From the NCBI RefSeq assembly GCF_000737315.1, contig NZ_JMCB01000003.1, positions 186,001 through 250,000 on the forward strand: DNA of 64,000 nt, given 5' to 3'. Of the stretch, positions 9,169 through 17,620 are shown in pieces (position 1 is the first letter of the stretch; each line of letters begins with the position of its first letter). A program made the position numbers and the translations under genes. The notes below the pieces were generated by a model. The model saw only the letters and a program-made list of their open reading frames with translations, was not told the origin of the DNA and did not search any database. The stretch comes from Hyalangium minutum (GTDB lineage: Bacteria > Myxococcota > Myxococcia > Myxococcales > Myxococcaceae).

Positions 9169-10110
9169 ATGGAAGGGCTGCTCGATGCATTCATCGCCTT
9201 CATCCGTGCCGAGCGCGGACTGTCCGGCAAGACGGTGGACGCCTACGCCGCGGACCTCACGGTGTACTTCGAGGATCTGCGTGCGCGCGGCATCCTCGAT
9301 GTGGCGCGGATGACCAAGGAGGACGTGGTCGAGCACTTGCGGCGGCTTGGGCAGCGCGGCCTGTCGAGGCGCAGCCAGGCGCGGCACCTGGCGGCCGTGC
9401 GGGGCTTCCACCGGTTCCTGATCGCGGAGAAGCTGGCGGAGAAGGATCCCACCGAGGACATGGACACGCCTCGGTCCGAGCGCAAGCTGCCGTCCTTCCT
9501 CACGCTGGAAGAGGTGGAGCAGCTGCTGGCAGCGCCGGACGAGCGCCATCCCGAGGGCCTCCGGGACAAGGCGATGCTGGAGCTGCTGTACGCCACGGGC
9601 CTGCGCGTGAGCGAGCTGTGTGGCCTGGGCATCAACGACGTGCAGCTGGGGGCGGGCTACCTGGTGGCAAAGGGCAAGGGCTCGAAGGAGCGTGTCGTCC
9701 CGGTGGGCAGCAAGGCGGTGGAGAAGGTCCAGGAGTACCTGGAGGGGACGCGGCAGCTGCTGCTGAAGCAGAGCGACTCGCGGGCCCTCTTCGTGACGCG
9801 CCGGGGCGGCCCCTTCACGCGCATGGGCTTTTGGAAGCTGCTCAAGCGCTACGCTCTCAAGGCGGGCATCCGCAAGCCGCTGTCGCCCCACAAGCTGAGG
9901 CACTCGTTCGCCACCCACCTCGTGGAGCGAGGGGCGGATCTGCGAGCGGTCCAGGCCATGCTCGGCCATGCGGATCTGGCCACCACGCAGATCTATACGC
10001 ACGTGAACAGCGCCCGGCTTCGTGCCGTGTACGATCAGCACCACCCTCGGAGCGACTCTGCTCCGCCTGTGCCTCGCCCGAAGAGACGCCGGGCCGAGGC
10101 TGGGGGCTGA
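9169..10110 (+). CDS. xerD: Site-specific tyrosine recombinase XerD
   Basis: LLYATGLRVSEL, GKGSKERVVP, SPHKLRHSFATHL, GADLRAVQAMLGHADLATTQIYTHV with all catalytic R-K-H-R-H-Y residues. Confidence 0.93.
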   Translation: MEGLLDAFIAFIRAERGLSGKTVDAYAADLTVYFEDLRARGILDVARMTKEDVVEHLRRLGQRGLSRRSQARHLAAVRGFHRFLIAEKLAEKDPTEDMDTPRSERKLPSFLTLEEVEQLLAAPDERHPEGLRDKAMLELLYATGLRVSELCGLGINDVQLGAGYLVAKGKGSKERVVPVGSKAVEKVQEYLEGTRQLLLKQSDSRALFVTRRGGPFTRMGFWKLLKRYALKAGIRKPLSPHKLRHSFATHLVERGADLRAVQAMLGHADLATTQIYTHVNSARLRAVYDQHHPRSDSAPPVPRPKRRRAEAGG

Positions 10111-10163
10111 AATTCCCCGGGCAGGAGGTTTGAGGAAGGCCCAGGTGCATCTACTCTGGGGAG

Positions 10164-10985
10164 GTGACTTCCCGCCTCTTGCGTTTGCCAGCCTCGGGCC
10201 GGCTTCTGGCCGCCACGGACATCCAGGGCAACCTGCGGGATTTTCAGCGCATGCTGGCCCTCTTCGAGGAGTCTCCGCACGATAGCGTCCTCGTCTTCAC
10301 CGGGGATCTGATCCACGGCCCGGACGAGTACACGGAGGACCACTGGCCGGACTACCTCGGCACGCCCTACAAGGATGAGTCCCCGGAGGTGGTGCGGCTG
10401 CTGGCGGAGGCGCAGGCGCGTTACCCCGGCCGGGTGCACAGCCTGCTGGGCAACCACGAGCACTCGCACGTGGGCGGCCCGCGCACCGCCAAGTTCCACC
10501 ACGACGAGGCCCAAGCGCTTGAGGAGCGCATGAGCCCCGAGGACGCCGAGTCCATGCGCGCGCTCTTCCGCCAGTTCCCGCTGGTGGCCGCCGCGCCCAA
10601 CGGCGTGGTGCTGCTGCACGCCTCGCCCTCCGCGACGCTGAACCACGTCGATGAGTTCAAGTCCGTGGAGTTGGAGGGCTATGCTCATATGGGCATCGAA
10701 GAGTTCTTCCACATCCCCGTGCTCGGGGCGACGCTGTGGAGCCGCATGGCGCTGCCTGAGCAGGCCCGTGCCTTCCTGAAGCCGCTGGGTGGCCGCATCG
10801 CCATCTATGGCCACGACGTGGTGCGCGAGGGCTACGAGAAGGTGGGGGACGAGCAGCTCTGCGTCTCCACGAGCTTTGCCCTCTTCGACAAGGACAAGGT
10901 CTACGTGGAGCTGGATCTCTCCAAGACCTATCCCAATGTGCACGCCCTGCGGGACGGTGTGGAACTCAAGAGGCTCCACGGCTGA
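10164..10985 (+). CDS. Calcineurin-like metallophosphoesterase
   Basis: TDIQG, GDLIHG, LLGNHE, LLH and YGHD motifs (DxQ variant as in ApaH-type enzymes). Confidence 0.85.
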   Translation: MTSRLLRLPASGRLLAATDIQGNLRDFQRMLALFEESPHDSVLVFTGDLIHGPDEYTEDHWPDYLGTPYKDESPEVVRLLAEAQARYPGRVHSLLGNHEHSHVGGPRTAKFHHDEAQALEERMSPEDAESMRALFRQFPLVAAAPNGVVLLHASPSATLNHVDEFKSVELEGYAHMGIEEFFHIPVLGATLWSRMALPEQARAFLKPLGGRIAIYGHDVVREGYEKVGDEQLCVSTSFALFDKDKVYVELDLSKTYPNVHALRDGVELKRLHG

Positions 10986-11047
10986 GCTCATTGCAAGGAA
11001 TGGCCTCCCGGACGCAGGGACTGCGAGGCGTGCTATGGTCCCGTTCC

Positions 11048-11863
11048 ATGCAGCGCTCGATCCTCTCTTGGCAGGGCTTTTCGGTGCTCGCCGCTGCTAT
11101 CACACTGGAGTGCACGCCCTCCGGTGTCATCAGGCCCGACGAGGAGACGCAAGATCCCGACATCGTACGGCCTTCTTCTAGAGAGTCACGCTTGGAAACA
11201 CTTCCAGGACCGATGCTCGGCCCATTTGACTCCTACACCACTGCGCTTGAAACCGCCTGCGAGCACTTTCTAAAGAAACCCCATTCGAGCGCCGGACGTA
11301 AACCGCCCTCCACAGCCCTCCGTGAGGAGCAAGTTGCCTTTGAGCTGCGCTGGCGGGTATCCAAAGAGTATTGCGCCTGGATGTATTATACCCCCGATGG
11401 CAAATACAAGATAAGCAAACTGACAGACGTCACGAAGTCCAACGCCTTCGGGAAGAAGGTGAACTGCCTCATTCCTTCGAAAGTAGAGGACCGTGATTAC
11501 CCATCAGACAGCATCAAATACGTCTTTCTCCTCCACAGCCACCCATACGACACACCCATCTCCGAGGACGACATCCTCTTTCTCGAGCGTGAAGGAGAGC
11601 GACACGGCTTCGACCCCGAAACCCAGGACAGAAAAAAACTGAGAATTTCCATCGTCGCCTTTTTCTCGCACGACGACGGCGCCCCCGCTTGCGATGGCTT
11701 CTACATCTACTCGGCCCAAACCACTCGGATCTTCAAATGGACTCGCACCCAAGGCCATCTCGCCTGCGAGCAGACTCATGTTGTCGATTGGCGTGACTAT
11801 GACAACTTCGATCTGAGCATCACTTCGTCAGTGGCGCCCTGCCCGGGCAAGGGGACTCCATGA
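11048..11863 (+). CDS. Putative lipoprotein with JAB/MPN-like HxH...S..D motif
   Basis: Signal-like N-terminus ending AITLEC; KEYCAWMYY and LLHSHPYDTPISEDD; start could be 11000 instead. Confidence 0.6.
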   Translation: MQRSILSWQGFSVLAAAITLECTPSGVIRPDEETQDPDIVRPSSRESRLETLPGPMLGPFDSYTTALETACEHFLKKPHSSAGRKPPSTALREEQVAFELRWRVSKEYCAWMYYTPDGKYKISKLTDVTKSNAFGKKVNCLIPSKVEDRDYPSDSIKYVFLLHSHPYDTPISEDDILFLEREGERHGFDPETQDRKKLRISIVAFFSHDDGAPACDGFYIYSAQTTRIFKWTRTQGHLACEQTHVVDWRDYDNFDLSITSSVAPCPGKGTP

Positions 11864-12516
11864 GAACTCCATGCCTCCTGGTTTGCATCATCTTATTATT
11901 GAGTTGTGTGAAGAGCCCCATGCCCCCTCAGCCGTCGTCAGGGGAAGATGAGTCTATTGTCTTTCCAGATTTCTCCGGCCCGGTCTCCAATGTGGTCAGT
12001 CAGTCTGGGGGGGCATATGATGTGGATGGCGCGACGCTGCAGGCCCTTGTGACCGCACTCAGCGATTTCCTGCCGACGGATTCCCAAAACCCTTCGTGCT
12101 GGAACAGACCCGATGCCTGGCGCTACCGGGTCATCCGCCAAGAAAATACCTTCTTCATTCGCATCCAAGCAGATCCGGCTTTTTGCGCGGGCAAGATCAT
12201 GATGCTGGACTCTGGCGCGAAATACGCGATCAGCAGTGATGGCCGAATCCTCCGACGCTTGTTCACAGGTCAGCCGGACTGGACCACGGGTTCGGAAGCT
12301 TCGGGAACTGGTGACGGCCCAGGAGATGCCAGCACGAGCAAGCCTCCTGTTGATGCCGATATTGCTGGCGTTTTGGAGTCGACCTGGAGCGAGTCTCGGG
12401 TATGGCCGGATGGAGGGGTCAAACAATCTGGCGCGAAGCCACAGCATGAAGGTCTTGGCACTCTGGATGGTGGTATTCCTCTGGACGGCGGGGAACTCTC
12501 CCCTCCAGTCAGGTGA
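11860..12516 (+). CDS. Hypothetical lipoprotein, partner of preceding gene
   Basis: ATGA overlap; lipobox IILLLSC; disordered acidic tail with DGG repeats. Confidence 0.65.
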   Translation: MRTPCLLVCIILLLSCVKSPMPPQPSSGEDESIVFPDFSGPVSNVVSQSGGAYDVDGATLQALVTALSDFLPTDSQNPSCWNRPDAWRYRVIRQENTFFIRIQADPAFCAGKIMMLDSGAKYAISSDGRILRRLFTGQPDWTTGSEASGTGDGPGDASTSKPPVDADIAGVLESTWSESRVWPDGGVKQSGAKPQHEGLGTLDGGIPLDGGELSPPVR

Positions 12517-12600
12517 CCTGCTCTTCTCCGGAGCGTCCCTCTTCACGAGGATCGTCTCCAGGCAAGGGCGCAATTCTGCTGAAGTTTTCGCACCGCCCGG

Positions 12601-12628
12601 CGCGGGTTCGATTCCCGCCTCCTCCACT
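12601..12628 (+). other. Orphan 3' fragment of tmRNA/tRNA (T-arm plus acceptor 3' strand), att-like remnant
   Basis: GCGGG-TTCGATT-CCCGC T-arm followed by CTCCTCC-A; no complementary 5' acceptor strand upstream. Confidence 0.65.
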
Positions 12629-12742
12629 TTTTCATACTGGCCCACTCCGCTTTCGCTTGGTGCCGGGGCGTGCTGGTCCGCTCCAGCGGAGAGTCCGCGC
12701 AGCCTTGACCGCGGCATCTCGCTGGATTGAAAGGAAGTGGCC

Positions 12743-13582
12743 ATGCGTCTCCGAACATGCAGCGCACTCCTGCTCTTGCTCCTACTCCCGGCCTGCGCCA
12801 CGACGGCGCCGAGCCCGGATAGCGCGGTGCCCCCCAACCAGAGGATCGCCAACCTGCAGAGGGCGGCGCAGTACCCCTGGACGGATGACGGGCAGTGCGT
12901 GGTGCGAGAGGCCTCCAACGAGTGGGAGGTTTTGGCGAAGCGATGCTTTCACGCTCTCGACCCGAAGAAGATCCAGTTTCGAGATGTGACGGGAAGATGC
13001 GCTCTGGCCTCGGCGGGGGCGGCTGTCGTGGGAGTGGGGCTCTGCATCTTTGTGGCACCCGAGATCATCGTGGGCGCGATCATCATCACTGGCGCCGTGG
13101 TGGTGGCAGTCGTCATCAAAGAGGAGTTAGACGCATATGAGCGAGGGGCATCCCGTGAGCGTGGGAGACCCAAGACTCAGACACGGCCATCCACTGAGCA
13201 GGAACCCGTGTCGAATCGGAAGCCCAAAGCGGAAGAGTCCCCATTGGGTAGGGATTGGTTTCCCCCAGACCCGCCAGTCTCCTCGGACCCCCATGATCGC
13301 CGCCCCGAGTGCACGCCCAGACGGGCTTCTCATCGTGGCGGCAACGACCCGCACAACGACTGCGCCGACTTCATTCCGCAGAACAGCTTTCCCGGCTGGG
13401 ATGTTCTCGTCAATGGCAAGCACTTCGATGCGCTGCAAGGGGCCACGCGCACTCTTTGGGAGGTCAAGACCGACAATTTCGACACGTACACGGACGACCT
13501 CAAGGACATCGTGGTCAGAAGTCAGGTGCCAAAGTTGCGGGACGAGCGCGCCCTCGCGATCGTCGTCATGGACTGGTGCTGA
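12743..13582 (+). CDS. Lipoprotein with C-terminal PD-(D/E)xK-like nuclease domain (DUF6310-like), putative SitA-type toxin
   Basis: ATG after AAGGA; lipobox LLPAC; central hydrophobic helix pair; HFDAL...LWEVKTD motif. Confidence 0.7.
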   Translation: MRLRTCSALLLLLLLPACATTAPSPDSAVPPNQRIANLQRAAQYPWTDDGQCVVREASNEWEVLAKRCFHALDPKKIQFRDVTGRCALASAGAAVVGVGLCIFVAPEIIVGAIIITGAVVVAVVIKEELDAYERGASRERGRPKTQTRPSTEQEPVSNRKPKAEESPLGRDWFPPDPPVSSDPHDRRPECTPRRASHRGGNDPHNDCADFIPQNSFPGWDVLVNGKHFDALQGATRTLWEVKTDNFDTYTDDLKDIVVRSQVPKLRDERALAIVVMDWC

Positions 13583-13583
13583 G

Positions 13584-14345
13584 ATGGCAGGCACGCAAAA
13601 ATCCCTACGCCTTGCCGTCTACGCTCCTGCGCTAACTCTGGACGATCGCCGTCCTTTGGCCGTTGTCCATGGAATGGAACGCACGTTCCCCGGCTTGCAT
13701 CTGGGGTGGATGATTTCCGAAGCAGGGCAGCGCATTCCACTGCCGGATCGAGATGCTTTTGTCTCCCGCGAGAGGAAGGACGGGGGATTTCCGCTTCTGC
13801 GGAACGGTGATGAGACGTTCCGGGTGACCGTGACGGGATTGGAAAGCCCAGCGGGCACTTCGCCGGGGGGGAAGGCACAGTTTGAAGTCCAGGCGGTCCT
13901 GCCATTGAACGCAACCGGCATCGCGGCGGCGGCGGATGTGCTGGAGGCCGTAGGCGAGGATGCACGCGCGTTCTGGGGGCGCGTGCTGCCAGAGGGGATG
14001 GCCGTGACAGTGTCGGAGCAGTTTCGCCACTCGGGGGAGGAGCCGCATATCCCGCCGAAAGGGCTCCCCTCGCTCAAACTCCCATGGAAACTCCCCGCGC
14101 CTGAGATTCCGCATTACCTTGGGTGGCTGAACTACTGGTCCGACGCTGCCGCACGCGCCATCGGGTTCCCAGACCCTGCCCGCGACTCGGAGCTGCTGTC
14201 GCGCGCACGGCGCACGGCGACGGGAGGGTGGATTGTCCGGCTCACGGATGCGCCGCTCGATCTCGACAACCCCGCCCACCTGAACGCGCTCCTGCGCGCA
14301 TATGAGCGCTTCCCGGAGATCGGCGGGCGTACTCCGAGCCGCTGA
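13584..14345 (+). CDS. Putative cognate immunity protein (DUF5953-like)
   Basis: Starts 1 nt after toxin stop; no signal peptide; LGWLNYWS and GGWIVRLTDAPLD motifs recalled from this family. Confidence 0.65.
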   Translation: MAGTQKSLRLAVYAPALTLDDRRPLAVVHGMERTFPGLHLGWMISEAGQRIPLPDRDAFVSRERKDGGFPLLRNGDETFRVTVTGLESPAGTSPGGKAQFEVQAVLPLNATGIAAAADVLEAVGEDARAFWGRVLPEGMAVTVSEQFRHSGEEPHIPPKGLPSLKLPWKLPAPEIPHYLGWLNYWSDAAARAIGFPDPARDSELLSRARRTATGGWIVRLTDAPLDLDNPAHLNALLRAYERFPEIGGRTPSR

Positions 14346-14349
14346 GAAC

Positions 14350-15516
14350 TCAGGCCTCCGCGCGAGGCTGGAAGCCGTATGGGTCCGTCTTGTGCTTCGG
14401 CTCGAACCCTTCGAGCGATGGGGCGATGCGGATCAGCCCCATGGCCAGCATTCGGTGCATCGAGCGCGCTGCTCCCGCCTCACCCATGGCCGCCGTGCGC
14501 AGCGCCTGGCGGATCGTCACGCTGCCCCGGAGCTTTGAGTACAGGTAGAGATCATCCGCGGTTAGCGAGGAGGGCAGGGGACGCGGCAGTGGCTCGAAGA
14601 TGAGGCGCCCGTCCATGGAGAACAGCTCGTCACAGAGCGCCAGCGTGAGCTTCACCTCCGCGTCCCGGTAGAGCGCGTGTGCCTCGGGGACAGGGCCTCG
14701 CTCCAGCACTTGCTCCACCACTGCGAGCGCGTGATCGTACTTGCGCTCCTCCACGAAGCTCCGGGCTGCGTCCAGCAGCTCCTGCTCCTGGAGTTCTTCG
14801 CCCATCGAGTTGTTCTGCGCCCGTTGCGGCGCCAGCACCCCGCGCCGGTACAGGTGCATCAGCCGCCTCGCTACGAAGATCCGCGACTCCTTGCCCGATG
14901 CGAGCAGCTCCGCGAGCGTGGCCCCCGACTCCGCTCGCTTCATCAGGACCGACTCCTCCTCCGAGAACCGCCCCACGGAGTGCTCACGGAAGACGTAGAA
15001 CGTCGTGTCCATGCCCGGGAACACCGTGCGGAACGTCCGCCACTCGCGGCGCCGCGACAGCGCGTCCCGGTGCAGGCTCGTCAGCGGCATCTTCAACTCC
15101 ACTGCCTGCTCCAGCGACGGCAGCTGCAGCGTGAACTCCACCTCGCCCGAGTCCCAGTTGTAGCAGTCGAAGAACGCCTCGCGCGCCTTGTGCTCCAGCG
15201 CCTCCAACAGCCGCGGCAGCTCCACGAACTGCTGGCGCACCAGGAACGCCCCGTAGGGCAGCTTCGCCAGCTCCGCCGCCTCGAAGGCCAGCGCCGCCCG
15301 GGGCGCGTCCAGGATGCCCAGGTCCACCAGCACCTGGCCCAGGTGCTCGGCCGGCGTGTTGGAGCCTTCGCCCACCAGGAAGCCGTCCTTGAAGAAGAAG
15401 TAGCGGATCACCGAGCCGCGCTCGACCCTCAGCGTGCCTCGGGCCTTGCGCGACAGGAGCGCAGGGATCACCACCTCCATCGAATAGTGAGTGAGGCCTC
15501 CCTTGAAGTGCTCCAT
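14350..15516 (-). CDS. DUF4388 domain protein
   Basis: N-terminal GTLRVERG..IRYFFFKDGFLV pattern, then HLGQVLVDLG and YNWDSGEVEF; common myxobacterial architecture. Confidence 0.75.
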   Translation of the reverse strand: MEHFKGGLTHYSMEVVIPALLSRKARGTLRVERGSVIRYFFFKDGFLVGEGSNTPAEHLGQVLVDLGILDAPRAALAFEAAELAKLPYGAFLVRQQFVELPRLLEALEHKAREAFFDCYNWDSGEVEFTLQLPSLEQAVELKMPLTSLHRDALSRRREWRTFRTVFPGMDTTFYVFREHSVGRFSEEESVLMKRAESGATLAELLASGKESRIFVARRLMHLYRRGVLAPQRAQNNSMGEELQEQELLDAARSFVEERKYDHALAVVEQVLERGPVPEAHALYRDAEVKLTLALCDELFSMDGRLIFEPLPRPLPSSLTADDLYLYSKLRGSVTIRQALRTAAMGEAGAARSMHRMLAMGLIRIAPSLEGFEPKHKTDPYGFQPRAEA

Positions 15517-15702
15517 GCCGCCTTCTCCCCTGTGAGCGAGTGCTTGCTCGCTTTCTGAGAAAGCTAATGGGCCCTCCCTCGTTGCTCAACCTCCCACCCC
15601 CCACAAACTGTTGAATTCATTGGAGTCTTCCGGGGTTGTCCCAAAGTTCCGGGTTGAGAAAGGGCAGGGGCCTCATGGGGCGCTACGGACCCGGGCGAAT
15701 GT

Positions 15703-15731
15703 TTGACCCCCTGGGGGGCCACTGCTAAGGG
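15703..15731 (+). promoter_or_regulatory. Possible sigma-A promoter for scpA-scpB-rluB
   Basis: TTGACC-N17-TAAGGG with TG at the extended -10 position; the -10 match is weak. Confidence 0.3.
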
Positions 15732-15743
15732 GAAAGGCCTGAT

Positions 15744-16602
15744 GTGCTTGAAGGACGTCCGGTGACCGATGCCCGCCGCACGCCGCCCGACGAGGGCTCC
15801 AGCGATGCAGAGGTGCCCCGCTCACCCGGGGACGCCTTCCGTATTGCTTTGCCCAACTTCGAGGGCCCCCTCGATCTTCTGCTGCACCTGATCCGCGAGC
15901 ACCGGGTCGACATCTTCGACATCCCCCTCGCGCTCATCGTCGAGAAATACCTGGAATACCTGGAGCGGATGCGCGAGTTGAACCTCGACATCGCCGGTGA
16001 GTTCCTGGTGATGGCGTCCACCCTGGCGCACCTCAAGAGCCGCATGCTGCTGCCGCGCCAGGATGTGGCGGCCCAGGAGCAGGTGGGCGAGGTGCTCGCG
16101 GTGGAGGAGCAGGGGGATCCGCGCGCGGAGCTGGTGCGGCGGCTGCTCGAGTATCAGAAGTACAAGGACTCGGCGGAGCAGCTGGCGAAGCAGGATCTGC
16201 TCGGGCGCGATGTGTTCACGCGCAACGTGCCGGTGGAGGCGGTGCCCATCCCCGAGGAGGAGGTGGGGCTGCAGGAGTTCTCCGTCCTCAAGCTGATCGA
16301 GTCGCTGGATCGGGTGCTGGAGCGCCTGACCCCGAAGGTGCAGCACGAGGTGGTGCTCGAGCGGCTGAGCCTCTCGGAGGCCACCCTGCGGGTGATCGAG
16401 CGGCTGCGCGGTCAGGAGCAGGTGACGTTCGTCAGCCTGTTCCCGGAGGGCAGCACGCGGCAGGAGATTGTCATTACGTTCCTGGCGATCCTGGAGATGG
16501 TAAAGCGGCGCCTCATCCGGGTTCGCCAGGAAGAGCCCCTGAAGGACATCTTCCTGATGCCCAACGGAGACGCGCTGGAGCGGCTGGCCCCCACGGAGGT
16601 GG

Positions 16603-16622
<20 letters not shown>
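15744..16622 (+). CDS. scpA: Segregation and condensation protein A
   Basis: FEGPLDLLLHLI, DIFDIP, AGEFLVMASTL..LKSRMLLP, DPRAELVRRLLEY, FLAILEMVK. Confidence 0.93.
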
Positions 16623-17598
<976 letters not shown>

Positions 17599-17620
17599 CG
17601 GGCACGAAAGCATCACGAAT

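Larger units (their letters stand above)
10986..14349. mobile_element. A/T-richer accessory islet with two lipoprotein gene pairs (no integrase)
   Basis: Codon usage visibly less GC3-biased than flanks; lies between convergent core genes; GCTGAG..CTCA at both edges; contains a tmRNA/tRNA 3' fragment. Confidence 0.55.

Noticed and set aside
9169-10110. xerD as the integrase of the adjacent islet
   Set aside because: Typical housekeeping XerD with host codon usage, separated from the islet by a core phosphoesterase gene
12550-12630. A complete tRNA gene
   Set aside because: Only the T-arm and 3' acceptor strand are present; no matching 5' strand, D-arm or anticodon arm, and no CCA
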